Shown in pieces: positions 1 to 9,624 of a stretch of 64,000 nt of DNA. The DNA lies in the NCBI GenBank assembly GCA_964523565.1, contig CAZGAK010000006.1, positions 4,589-68,588 of the forward strand. Reading direction: 5' to 3'. The translations under genes and the position numbers were made by a program. Source of the DNA: an uncultured Syntrophaceae bacterium. GTDB taxonomy: Bacteria > Desulfobacterota > Syntrophia > Syntrophales > UBA6807. Below the pieces are notes generated by a model. That model made no database searches, had not been told where the DNA came from, and saw only the letters and a program-made list of their open reading frames with translations. Each line of letters opens with the position of its first letter. Within the stretch, counting starts at the first letter, position 1.

Positions 1-2305
1 CAGCCAGTTTTTCATGATCCTTAAGAAGATCAATCAGCCTGCTGTAATCTCCACGCTGGTTAAAGACAATGGACCACTTATTGAGAAGACTGATCAGAAG
101 AACTTCTTCTTTTCCCGTCTTCTTAGTTTCATTGGACAGGAGTTCGAAAGCCTCTTTGTAATACTGATGAGATTCATCAAGAGAATATCTTGCGAGGTTC
201 TTTTCGCCCGACTTCACAAGATATTCCACGGCTTTGAGAACTGATTGCCCCCGTTTGAAATGAAAAGCAAGGATTTCATAAAACTCTGAAATTCTGTCGC
301 GAAATAACTCCTCCATAACAAGGGCAATTCTCTCGTGAATTGCCCGGCGCTCCTTTTTTAAAAGACCATTATAAACAACATCCTGGGTCAGGGCGTGTTT
401 AAAAATATATTCGATATCAGGCTGGAAAAACCTTGTTTTTATTACGTCAAGTCTCTCCAGATCTCTGAGACACCGGTCTATACTGCCTTTGTGCTCCGTA
501 ATCCGCTTGAGAATATCGTAAAGAAAAGCCCTCCCTGCGACAGAGGCTTCCTGAAGCACCTTTTTCGTCTCCCTTTCAAATCTATCAAGCCGTGCAGAAA
601 TCACGCCCTGAAGGGTAGAGGGAATAGCTGCCTCAACGATTGGCCTCGTTAACTTCCAGATACCATTGCCGCGACTGAGCGTTCCCGATTCGATCAAGGA
701 ATTAATTACTTCCTCCAGATAAAAGGGATTCCCTTCCACCTTTTCCTGAACGAATTTTTTCAATTCAAGGGGAACCATGTCGGTTTTCAGCAAGGATTCC
801 ACCATCTCCTGTGCATCAGAGGGTGAAAGATCCCGGAGTCGTATCTCATTATGCACTTTTTCCATGCCGCCCGGCTCATGGCCGGTAAAAAGGCTGAAGG
901 GAGGCCTGTACACACAGAGAAAAAGGACGGCATTTCTGAAATCAGATAGAATTAAACGCAAGAATTCTACAGATGATGGGTCCGCCCAGTGGAGGTCTTC
1001 CAGACATATAATTGTTGGTCTTTCCTGTGCCAGACCTGATAAAATCGCATGAATCGCCTTTTGCAGGCAGGATTTCCAGAGCTCAGGACTCATCTCTTCT
1101 ACTTCGGGATAATTGAGGCCATAAAGACTCCCGATATAAGGAATAACGTCATCTCTATTTCCGAGCAGACTTTTAATACTCGATTCGATCTTTTCTTTAA
1201 CTTTTTCAGCGGAATCCCCCTCTTTAATTTGAAACAGTCTGTTCAAAAAATCGATCAATGGAAAATAGGGAATATTTTGAGAATATGCATATGCGTGTCC
1301 CTCCCGCCACTGAACCTCTCCAAGATCTAAAGTAGCCCTGAACGCCTCAACAAGCCTACTCTTTCCCGTTCCCGCATCCCCACAAATAGAGAAGATAGAA
1401 CTGTTTCCGTCTTTGAGTTTTACAACGGCATTGACAAGACAGGACATCTCTGTCTCTCTCCCGATCAGATCAGCCCTCAGGCCTGAGAGACGACGAATTT
1501 TAACAGGCCTTTCCTTCACGGACAGCACTTTGTAAACTTCAACCGGTTCAGCTTTTCCTTTAATCCTTGTGGATTCGAGACCTTCAAAATTGAAAAACCC
1601 TTCAGCATGGCGATAGGTATCAGGACCGATAAGAATTTCACCCGCGCCAGCCATATCCGTAAGGCGGGAGGCCAGATTAATGGCATCCCCGGTCATCCCG
1701 TGTTTCCCTTTTTCAATATCCATTTTATCAGTAACTACGAGCCCCGTATTGATACCGGTATGCACCGATATGGACCTTCCAATTTTTTCCTCCAGCTGGG
1801 GACTTATGGCTTCCACTACATCGTGTATTTCCCTTGCAGCCATGATGGCTCTGAACGGATCATCTTCATGGGTTTTTGGCACACCGAAAAGGGCCATGAC
1901 GGCATCACCGATAAACTTATCGATAATTCCTTCATACCTGGTCACAATCCGGGCAACTTCCCCGAAGATGCGATTCATAATTTCTTTGACTTCTTCGGGG
2001 TCTAATTTCTCCGACATTTCAGTATATCCGGACAGGTCGGAAAACAGGACCGTTATATGTTTCCGCTCACTTTTAATTGAACCGGGATAAGCGGCGGATT
2101 CGCCGCCGGGAGATGATGTTTCTGGATGGACGACAGGATTGACGTCCGGGGATTTTTTCAGACTATAACCGCATTCATTGCAAAATTTACCGGTAGGCGG
2201 ATTTACATTCCCGCATGCACGGCAGGAAATTTCCAGTCCGTGGCCGCACTCATTACAGAACCTGGCCCCATCAGGATTATCAAGCTGGCACTTTGGGCAT
2301 TTCAT
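1..2305 (-). CDS. Double-zinc-ribbon / class III adenylate-guanylate cyclase / AAA ATPase multidomain protein (3' end outside window)
   Basis: Not in the ORF track (no stop inside the window). Manual minus-strand translation of segments: MKCPKCQLDNPDGARFCNECG (zinc ribbon), ERKHITVLFSDLSGYT and IDKFIGDA (cyclase), GDAGTGKSRL (Walker A), LEDLHWAD (Walker B-like). Confidence 0.9.
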   Translation of the reverse strand, partial: MKCPKCQLDNPDGARFCNECGHGLEISCRACGNVNPPTGKFCNECGYSLKKSPDVNPVVHPETSSPGGESAAYPGSIKSERKHITVLFSDLSGYTEMSEKLDPEEVKEIMNRIFGEVARIVTRYEGIIDKFIGDAVMALFGVPKTHEDDPFRAIMAAREIHDVVEAISPQLEEKIGRSISVHTGINTGLVVTDKMDIEKGKHGMTGDAINLASRLTDMAGAGEILIGPDTYRHAEGFFNFEGLESTRIKGKAEPVEVYKVLSVKERPVKIRRLSGLRADLIGRETEMSCLVNAVVKLKDGNSSIFSICGDAGTGKSRLVEAFRATLDLGEVQWREGHAYAYSQNIPYFPLIDFLNRLFQIKEGDSAEKVKEKIESSIKSLLGNRDDVIPYIGSLYGLNYPEVEEMSPELWKSCLQKAIHAILSGLAQERPTIICLEDLHWADPSSVEFLRLILSDFRNAVLFLCVYRPPFSLFTGHEPGGMEKVHNEIRLRDLSPSDAQEMVESLLKTDMVPLELKKFVQEKVEGNPFYLEEVINSLIESGTLSRGNGIWKLTRPIVEAAIPSTLQGVISARLDRFERETKKVLQEASVAGRAFLYDILKRITEHKGSIDRCLRDLERLDVIKTRFFQPDIEYIFKHALTQDVVYNGLLKKERRAIHERIALVMEELFRDRISEFYEILAFHFKRGQSVLKAVEYLVKSGEKNLARYSLDESHQYYKEAFELLSNETKKTGKEEVLLISLLNKWSIVFNQRGDYSRLIDLLKDHEKLA

Positions 2306-2330
2306 CTTTTATGCCCCCTGGGACTTAAGT

Positions 2331-2390
2331 TTGACGGTTTCGTAAAAAGTCGGAGGTTTTGCCGTTTTGCCATTCCCGCGAAATCTGTGG
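2331..2390. mobile_element. Partial (left end only) MITE of the CGTAAAAAGTC family
   Basis: TTGACGGTTTCGTAAAAAGTC...GCCATTCCCGCG matches the left end of the complete element at 11592. Confidence 0.6.
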
Positions 2391-2391
2391 A

Positions 2392-2940
2392 TTAAAAAAC
2401 GAAAACCGCGGCAGCTACTACGGAAGTGTACCCTGTATTTTTAACAATAGCAGACTGGGTAATCTCTCTCGTCTTGACTATTTTGCCGCTTATCTTGAAG
2501 ATTTCTTCTTTTTCATTCCAGGCGGCATCAATATCGAAATCAATTCCCAGAGTCGATGCGAGCATGGCCGCTGCCAGGTCTTCCGCATATTCCCCCGCCT
2601 GTTTTCCTGTTTGACCATAGGCATGATGTTCACTGATATAGCCGTACATACTCTTATCGGCCGGAATGGCGCAACCAATCGAAGCGGCAATGAGCCTTCT
2701 CGGTTCATTACTGCTGCAACGGCTCATAACGCAATATGTTATAGCCCCGTGCTTCAATTCTTTCACGCCTTGCTTTCTTGAAACGACCTTGCAGCTCGGT
2801 GGAAAAATACTTGACACCTGAACTAAATTACACTTTTCTATGTCGGCATCTCTCAATGCCAGCTCAAAGGAGTGAAGTTCTTCTTTATGAGAACCTACGC
2901 CTTTCGTAAAAAACATTTTCCTGGGAACGAAATCCTTCAA
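2392..2940 (-). CDS. pdaD: Pyruvoyl-dependent arginine decarboxylase
   Basis: SFELALRDA...[10 protein letters not shown] self-cleavage motif, YGYISEHH; directly downstream of agmatinase. Confidence 0.9.
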   Translation of the reverse strand: MKDFVPRKMFFTKGVGSHKEELHSFELALRDADIEKCNLVQVSSIFPPSCKVVSRKQGVKELKHGAITYCVMSRCSSNEPRRLIAASIGCAIPADKSMYGYISEHHAYGQTGKQAGEYAEDLAAAMLASTLGIDFDIDAAWNEKEEIFKISGKIVKTREITQSAIVKNTGYTSVVAAAVFVF

Positions 2941-2952
2941 TTTTCTTTCTCC

Positions 2953-3807
2953 TTATTGCCTTGAATTTATATACCCCATAACCCTGTATGTAAGTTTGGC
3001 TGCAGTATAATCAGGGGCAACCATCCCCGGAATGGGGGCCAGCTCAACGATGTCGAAACCCCGTATCTTGCAGTTGTCAGAGACCTCTTTGATAAGGTGG
3101 GTAAGATCCTTCCAGTAAACCCCTCCGGGCTCCGGAGTGCCAACTGCCGGCATAATAGACGGGTCGAGCACATCAAGGTCTATGGTCACATAGACATCTT
3201 TCGACAGGTTTTTGCATATTTCCCTTTCCCATAGGGGATTTTCGTGGAGAAAGTCCGGGGGAAATATTTTAATCCCGTTTTCTTTTATAAAAATCGCCTC
3301 CTCGGCGCTCATACTTCTAATTCCCACCTGAACGACAGGACATATCTCAGATATTCTGCGGCTGACGCAGGCATGACTGAAAGGTGTACCCTGGTATGAA
3401 TTCCTCATATCGGCATGGGCATCAAGATGAAGTACAGAGAGAGTTGGATATTTTTCCTTCATTGCCTGAACGGAACCAAGCGAAATGCTGTGTTCTCCCC
3501 CGATGATAACGGGTATCTTACCAAAAGAAAGGATGTAGGCGATCCTTTCGCGAACGGTCTCAATCATTTTTTCTGGTCCCCCTGCTTCCACTTCGAGAGG
3601 GGACAGGGTGTGGATCCCCGAAAGATAAGTTTCCGCGCGAAGATCTTCATCATAAAGCTCCATTTGACATGAAGCATCTATGATGGCTGAGGGCCCTTTT
3701 CTCGCTCCGGCCTGATAGCTTGTGGTTAAATCGTAAGGAACCGGAACTACAACAAAGGTAGCATTTTTGAAGGAAGAATATTCCGAATTTATCCCGCCGA
3801 AATTCAT
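2953..3807 (-). CDS. speB: Agmatinase
   Basis: GGEHS, DAHAD, DLDVLDP and GTPEPGG ureohydrolase motifs. Confidence 0.92.
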   Translation of the reverse strand: MNFGGINSEYSSFKNATFVVVPVPYDLTTSYQAGARKGPSAIIDASCQMELYDEDLRAETYLSGIHTLSPLEVEAGGPEKMIETVRERIAYILSFGKIPVIIGGEHSISLGSVQAMKEKYPTLSVLHLDAHADMRNSYQGTPFSHACVSRRISEICPVVQVGIRSMSAEEAIFIKENGIKIFPPDFLHENPLWEREICKNLSKDVYVTIDLDVLDPSIMPAVGTPEPGGVYWKDLTHLIKEVSDNCKIRGFDIVELAPIPGMVAPDYTAAKLTYRVMGYINSRQ

Positions 3808-3896
3808 AGCCCATTAACTCCAGGAAATATGGAGATGTAGCTACCATATATGATGATATCTGTCCATGTTTTGTTATTCAGTGTCCGAACAAATGT

Positions 3897-4616
3897 TTAT
3901 GATCTGTATGAAGCAAGCATGAATTCGCCATTATCATACAAAATATACGAATAATGGCTGACCCAGTCACCCAGAACGGCGAATGTCTTTTTCCTGCCAT
4001 CTATCACATAGTGCTCAATGAGGGGTTGATGACAATGCCCGAGAATGACGGCGTCAAAACCCTCACTGAATTTTTTCATGGAAAATGCCTTCATTTTATC
4101 GGCAAGTTCTTCAGCCGGCGTGGGCAGGTGATTTCTGCTCGTCCTGGAGCTAATCCCGGCAATCTTCCATAGAAGGTCAGAGGGGAGTTTTTTTTGAATC
4201 ACATAAAATACTTTACTTCTCAAGAATCTTCGCAGAAGCAAGTATGATTTATTTGTCGTATCTATTGTATCACCGTGGGATACAAATACCTTCTTTTTAT
4301 CCAGATCAACGGCAGCTCCATCAGAAAAAACATAGATACCGTGATTGCCGAAAAATTCATCAAGAAAGAAATCGTGGTTTCCTTCAAATAAATAGATATT
4401 CGTTCCCTGGTTTTTAAGTTCCAGAAGCTTATCAATCATTACCTGAAATTCCGGATATATGGCGTCATTTCTGCAAAACCAGAAATCAAAAAAGTCCCCT
4501 ACAATAAAAAGGTCACTCACGCTTCCCCTCATAGAATCAAAAAAACCAAGGAGGTTGCGATAACCTCTACTTTCCTGGTATTTCAGGTGTGCGTCAGATA
4601 GAAAAATTGCTTTCAT
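3897..4616 (-). CDS. lpxH: UDP-2,3-diacylglucosamine diphosphatase (calcineurin-like metallophosphoesterase)
   Basis: SDAH, GDFFDFW, GNHD, HGD, GHCH and LGDW motifs. Confidence 0.85.
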   Translation of the reverse strand: MKAIFLSDAHLKYQESRGYRNLLGFFDSMRGSVSDLFIVGDFFDFWFCRNDAIYPEFQVMIDKLLELKNQGTNIYLFEGNHDFFLDEFFGNHGIYVFSDGAAVDLDKKKVFVSHGDTIDTTNKSYLLLRRFLRSKVFYVIQKKLPSDLLWKIAGISSRTSRNHLPTPAEELADKMKAFSMKKFSEGFDAVILGHCHQPLIEHYVIDGRKKTFAVLGDWVSHYSYILYDNGEFMLASYRS

Positions 4617-4619
4617 TAT

Positions 4620-4680
4620 GCTGGTTGCTTGATGCTGGATGCTGGTTATTTGATACTGGATACTTGATGCCAGATGCCGG
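4620..4680. repeat. Degenerate heptamer tandem array (GATGCTG/GATACTG)
   Basis: About 8 imperfect 7-bp units filling the intergenic space. Confidence 0.7.
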
Positions 4681-4687
4681 GTAACTA

Positions 4688-5332
4688 CTAACGGTTGTTT
4701 ACCAGATATTCAGAATTTGCAAACATCGCATCTATTTCCTCGCCGGTCATTCCGGCGCCGGCTGCGATTTTACGCGCTATCTGCTTGCTGACAAGGTCGC
4801 CGGGCGAATGGCTATCTGTATTCAGCACCAAACCAACGTTAAGCTTCCTGGCCTGCTGAAGCACATGCCCGTTCGTCAAACTATGCCCCTGCCGCGTTGA
4901 AATCTCCAGAAATACAGAGTTTTGTGAGGCAATCTTCGCTTCTTCTTCCGAAATTAATCCCGGGTGGGCAAGTATATCAATAGGAGATTTGACGGCAGCA
5001 AGATTAGTTCCGGGAATTACCGGCTCAACGATCGTTTCCCCATGTACGATAACAATTCTGGCACCCATTTTTCTCGCTTCTTTTGACAGCTCAAAAATAT
5101 GGTCAGGATGAATGTGGGTGAGTTCAATGCCGGGAATCACCTTGATAGAATAGGCAGATGATATAACTTTACAAACATTAACAATTCTCGGGATAATGAA
5201 ATCAACATTTGAATGATCTGCATGATCGGTTATTGCAATTGCGCGACATCCTGCTACCTCGGCCCTCCTTGCCAGTTCTGTGGGAATTAATTCACCGTCG
5301 CTGAATATTGAATGGGTATGAAGGTCTATCAC
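4688..5332 (-). CDS. PHP-domain protein (histidinol-phosphatase-like)
   Basis: DLHTHSIFSDG, ITDH, ILAHP and TDSH motifs; GTG start at 5332 has an AAGGAGA RBS. Confidence 0.85.
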   Translation of the reverse strand: MIDLHTHSIFSDGELIPTELARRAEVAGCRAIAITDHADHSNVDFIIPRIVNVCKVISSAYSIKVIPGIELTHIHPDHIFELSKEARKMGARIVIVHGETIVEPVIPGTNLAAVKSPIDILAHPGLISEEEAKIASQNSVFLEISTRQGHSLTNGHVLQQARKLNVGLVLNTDSHSPGDLVSKQIARKIAAGAGMTGEEIDAMFANSEYLVNNR

Positions 5333-5553
5333 AACACATCTCCTTATTAGTATCAGTTTAATGTCATTAACGTAAACGGAATAGTTATTGAAACCGTTTA
5401 ACAAATTTAGCATTCAAGGTCAATAACGATAAAAATATGTAAAATATGGTGAGACAATACTTCTCTCTCATGTTATCGAACAATTGAAATATCTTCGTAT
5501 GTATTATATGTTGCATATGAATCCTAAATTCATAAACTGGAAGTAATCAGGAA

Positions 5554-6753
5554 ATGCCTAAGATTATAGATAAATATATTTTAAGGGAAATTTTCTTTCC
5601 ATTTTTCATGACCCTTTTTGTATTAACATTTGTCCTTCTGATGGGTAAAATCCTTCAGTTAATGGATCTCGTGATCAATAAAGGGGTAAACTTTGTAGAC
5701 ATATTAAAACTCATTCTTTATTTATTGCCTTCTTTTTTATTGATTACCATACCCATATCACTTCTTATATCCATATTGATAGGGCTGGGAAGACTTTCAG
5801 CGGATAACGAAATCACTATATTTAAGTCATCGGGGATAAGCATCTATCGCCTTTTATTACCCATAGGAATGGTTTCACTATTTGCCTTTATTATAACTGC
5901 TGTTATGGGGTTTTATTTTGTACATTATGGAAATTTTGCTACCAGGGATCTCCTTTTCAACATAGCAAAACAAAAGGCCAGTATAGGAATCAAGGAAAAA
6001 GTATTCAATGATGATTTTAAGGGAATTGTTCTCTATGCAGAAAAGATACCCGTTCACGGGAATTTTATGGAAGATGTTTTTATATCCGACAGCCGTATAG
6101 GCAAAGAACCGACCACAATTATTGCCCAAAAGGCTTACCTCGTATCAAATCCGGAATCAATGACTGTCACATTAAGACTAAAAAAAGGCAGCACACACAA
6201 TGTAGACCCAAACTTTAAGACATATAAAAAAATGGAATTCAGTTCATATGATATAAATCTTGACTTGTCCACACCTGTTGCAAAAGGAAACCAGGGATTC
6301 ACAAAGAAAAGCAAAGAAATGAAAGTTCGTGAATTGCTTGCAAAGATAAGAAGCTGCGACCGTGAGAATGCTGAAATCAGAGAATTTATTATCGAACTCA
6401 ACAAGAAGTTTACCATTCCACTGACTTGCATCGTATTTGGCATACTGGGAATTCCTCTCGGTATAGGACAGGCCAGATCAGGAAAATCGAGGGGATTTAC
6501 CATCGGTCTTTTCGTAGTCATGGTCTATTATGTTTTGCAACTGAGCGGCGAGGGTCTCGGGGAGACGGGAAAACTGCACCCTGTGATAGGTACATGGGCA
6601 CCAAATATAATCTTCGGAGCCGTCGGTATTTATATGCTAATCATGGCTGCAAAAGAAAAACCCCCGAGAATCGATTTTGTCTTTACCCCGATTAACAACT
6701 GGAAATTGAAGGTAATAAACTGGTGGCAAACCAGACGCACAGGCAAAGGATAA
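5554..6753 (+). CDS. lptF: LPS export ABC transporter permease LptF
   Basis: IIDKYILRE N-terminus, GRLSADNEI motif, 3+3 TM layout; tandem with lptG. Confidence 0.9.
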   Translation: MPKIIDKYILREIFFPFFMTLFVLTFVLLMGKILQLMDLVINKGVNFVDILKLILYLLPSFLLITIPISLLISILIGLGRLSADNEITIFKSSGISIYRLLLPIGMVSLFAFIITAVMGFYFVHYGNFATRDLLFNIAKQKASIGIKEKVFNDDFKGIVLYAEKIPVHGNFMEDVFISDSRIGKEPTTIIAQKAYLVSNPESMTVTLRLKKGSTHNVDPNFKTYKKMEFSSYDINLDLSTPVAKGNQGFTKKSKEMKVRELLAKIRSCDRENAEIREFIIELNKKFTIPLTCIVFGILGIPLGIGQARSGKSRGFTIGLFVVMVYYVLQLSGEGLGETGKLHPVIGTWAPNIIFGAVGIYMLIMAAKEKPPRIDFVFTPINNWKLKVINWWQTRRTGKG

Positions 6754-6760
6754 CGACATA

Positions 6761-7843
6761 ATGAGTGTCCTTGATCGTTACATAATAAAAGAATTCACAA
6801 GAATCTTCCTTTTAATTGTTCTATCACTTGCAGGGTTGTATCTTATTGTAGATTTTTTTGAAAGGATACGAATGTTCCTCAGCAATGATGCAACCCTCTA
6901 TCAAATCCTTTCCTATTTTTTCTTCGAGTTTCCGATGATCCTATCACTTATGTTACCTGTTTCAGTGCTGCTGGCTTCTCTTTTAACCTTCGCAATCCTC
7001 TCGAAAAACAGCGAAATAATTGCAATGAAAGCAAACGGGGTGAGTCTCTATAGAACCTCTCGCCCTGTCATTATTATTTCTATTGTCCTTTGTATCTTTT
7101 CCTTCTTGCTCAATGAGTTTATCACACCGTACACTAACCAGAAGGCAAAACATGTAAAGCTAATAGAAGTCCAGAAAAGGGAACAGCTGGGGGTTTTTAA
7201 ACAAAATCAGATCTGGTTTAAAGGCAAAGACGGAATATATAACTTCAATATGTTCGATCCTAAAACGGGCACATTGAAGGGGATAAAAATCAACTACCTC
7301 GATCGTGGAATGAAACTTACAGAGAGAATTGATGCCAGAAAAGCCGAGTGGAAGGACGGGAAGTGGGTGTTTTATGATCTTCTCATCACAAAATTTTCAC
7401 CGGGCAGCCTTCCCTCCCTTGAAAGAGTAAAATCACGGATTATAAATCTTTCCGAGAAACCTTCAGATTTCATGATCGTGCAAAAAGATACGGGAGAAAT
7501 GGGATATTTTGAGTTAAGAAAATACATAAAGAATATTCAGGTGGAAGGATATGATGCCACTCAATACATGGCGGATATGCACGGAAAGATTGCTTTTTCT
7601 CTGGTAAGCATTATCCTTGCAGTTATGGGCATTTCTTTTTCTCTTCTAAAGTCCGAAAGGGGCGGTGGGATCTCCCAGAGCATCGCTGTTGGAATTATTA
7701 TTGGATTTTCCTACTGGATCGTTTACGCCTTCTCCCTCTCATTAGGCCGTTCAGGAACATTGCCACCGCTGTTAGCAGCATGGATCGCAAACATCCTTTT
7801 TGGGATTGGGGCTGTTGTTATGTTTTCACGGGTAAAGACGTAA
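6761..7843 (+). CDS. lptG: LPS export ABC transporter permease LptG
   Basis: LDRYI, LSKNSEIIAMKANGVS and LPPLLAAWIAN motifs. Confidence 0.9.
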   Translation: MSVLDRYIIKEFTRIFLLIVLSLAGLYLIVDFFERIRMFLSNDATLYQILSYFFFEFPMILSLMLPVSVLLASLLTFAILSKNSEIIAMKANGVSLYRTSRPVIIISIVLCIFSFLLNEFITPYTNQKAKHVKLIEVQKREQLGVFKQNQIWFKGKDGIYNFNMFDPKTGTLKGIKINYLDRGMKLTERIDARKAEWKDGKWVFYDLLITKFSPGSLPSLERVKSRIINLSEKPSDFMIVQKDTGEMGYFELRKYIKNIQVEGYDATQYMADMHGKIAFSLVSIILAVMGISFSLLKSERGGGISQSIAVGIIIGFSYWIVYAFSLSLGRSGTLPPLLAAWIANILFGIGAVVMFSRVKT

Positions 7844-7844
7844 G

Positions 7845-8105
7845 AGGTTCAAGGTTCAAGGAACAAGGTCCGGATTAGAAGTTGAAAGTTTTTGGACTTC
7901 TTACAAGCCATCCATGTTGAACGTGCGTTGAGCAATGAAGAAAATAGAACGATCTGAAACCGAAACCTTGAGCCTTTAGCCTTGATCCTTGATCCTTGAT
8001 CCTTGATCCTTGATCCTTGATCCTTGATCCTTGATCCTTGGACCTTGTACCTTGCACCTTGGACCTTGATCCTTGATCCTTGTTCCTTGAACCTTGATCC
8101 TCAGA
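7845..8105. repeat. Heptamer tandem arrays in inverted arrangement (CAAGG-type left, about 20 CCTTGAN-type units right)
   Basis: 8 perfect CCTTGAT (7980-8035) within about 20 units at 7966-8105; complementary AGGTTCA/AGGAACA units at 7845-7870. Confidence 0.9.
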
Positions 8106-8106
8106 T

Positions 8107-9363
8107 TTACGTCCCCATCTCCCAGGAATTGAGATATTTTTCCTGTTCAGGAGTGAGGGTATCTATCTTGATTCCCATCGATTCTAATTTCAATCTGGCA
8201 ATGTCACTGTCAATATCTTCGGGAACACCGTAAACGACATTCTTCAGATTCTTTCCATTTTTCACGAGATATTCAGTTGAAAGGGCCTGATTGGAAAAAC
8301 TCATATCCATAACACTGGAGGGATGTCCTTCTGCCGCGGCAAGATTAATTAACCTTCCCTCCCCCAGGACGTATACACATCTTCCATCTTTTAACTTGTA
8401 TTCATCGATAAAATCCCTGATTCTTCCCGTGTGTGTTGAAATTTCCTTAAGGCCATCAATATCAAGTTCTACATTAAAGTGTCCCGAATTAGCTACAATT
8501 GCTCCGTCCTTCATCTTCAGAAAATGTTCTTTCCGGATAACATTGATATCTCCGGTCAGTGTACAGAAAAAATCACCAATCCCGGCAGCCTCGTAAATGG
8601 GCATAACTCTGTAGCCATCCATAACAGCCTCCAGAGCACGCAACGGATTAACTTCGGTTACGACCACATTCGCACCCATCCCGGAAGCTCTCATGGCAAG
8701 ACCTCTCGAGCACCACCCGTAACCGCATACAACAAATACAGAACCCGCTATCAATCTGTTGGTAGCCCTTATAATCCCATCTATCGTACTCTGTCCGGTG
8801 CCGTACCTGTTGTCAAACATATGTTTCGTGTTCGCATCATTAACGGCAATCAAAGGAAAAGCGAGGACTCCTTTCTCCGCCATAGCCTTTAATCTTATCA
8901 CACCGGTGGTTGTCTCTTCCGTGCCTCCTGTTATTCCTTCTATGAGTTCCCGGCGATCAGAATGGATTGTCGATACCAGATCAGCGCCGTCATCCATCGT
9001 TATGGTTGGTTTCAAATCCAGAACAGAATTTATATGATTGTAATAAGTATTGGTATCTTCACCATTGATGGCATACACGGGCATTTCATGATATTTCACC
9101 AGATAGGCCGCAACATAGTCCTGGGTGCTGAGAGGATTGGAGGCACAAAGAAAAACCTCGGCACCACCGGCCTTAAGAGTTTCCATGAGGCTTGCCGTCT
9201 CCGTCGTCACATGGAGACAGGCCCCAACCCTCATACCTTTAAGAGGCTTTTCTTTTTCAAATCTTTTTTTAATACTGTTTAAAACGGGCATACTTTTATT
9301 TGCCCATTCAACGCTCACCCTGCCCGCATCTGCAAGGCTTATATCCTTGATATCAAAATCCAT
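8107..9363 (-). CDS. ahcY: Adenosylhomocysteinase
   Basis: [30 protein letters not shown] and [11 protein letters not shown] motifs. Confidence 0.97.
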   Translation of the reverse strand: MDFDIKDISLADAGRVSVEWANKSMPVLNSIKKRFEKEKPLKGMRVGACLHVTTETASLMETLKAGGAEVFLCASNPLSTQDYVAAYLVKYHEMPVYAINGEDTNTYYNHINSVLDLKPTITMDDGADLVSTIHSDRRELIEGITGGTEETTTGVIRLKAMAEKGVLAFPLIAVNDANTKHMFDNRYGTGQSTIDGIIRATNRLIAGSVFVVCGYGWCSRGLAMRASGMGANVVVTEVNPLRALEAVMDGYRVMPIYEAAGIGDFFCTLTGDINVIRKEHFLKMKDGAIVANSGHFNVELDIDGLKEISTHTGRIRDFIDEYKLKDGRCVYVLGEGRLINLAAAEGHPSSVMDMSFSNQALSTEYLVKNGKNLKNVVYGVPEDIDSDIARLKLESMGIKIDTLTPEQEKYLNSWEMGT

Positions 9364-9432
9364 TTAGTCTCCTTGTCATTAGAGTCTTTCACAACAACTG
9401 CGTTTTTTGCGCAGATGTTGGTGTCAGCAGTG

Positions 9433-9620
9433 AAAAGGTACAAGGTACAAGGACAAAGTATCAAGGAAAAACCTTTAGCCTTTAGCCTTTAGCCTTTAGC
9501 CTTTAGCCTTTAGTCCTCAGTCCTCATTGCTCATTGCTCATTGCTCAGCCCTTTGCAGCTTTGCTGCCTTAGGTTATAGGCTGTTTCCCTTTGTCCTTTC
9601 GCCTTTTACCTTTTACCTCT
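9433..9620. repeat. Heptamer tandem arrays (6x CCTTTAG, TGCTCAT and variants; AAGGTAC units on the left)
   Basis: Six perfect CCTTTAG at 9472-9513 followed by drifting 7-mers. Confidence 0.9.
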
Positions 9621-9624
9621 GTTT

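Noticed and set aside
14-2395. Cluster of plus-strand ORFs of 76-136 aa
   Set aside because: They are antisense shadows of the minus-strand cyclase-ATPase gene, which carries the recognisable motifs.
7875-8233. ORFs with periodic sequences (SRIKDQG, LDPWTL)
   Set aside because: They are translations of the heptamer arrays, with no RBS or independent coding signal.
7966-9620. Possible CRISPR array
   Set aside because: The units are contiguous 7-mers without unique spacers, and no cas genes are in the window.
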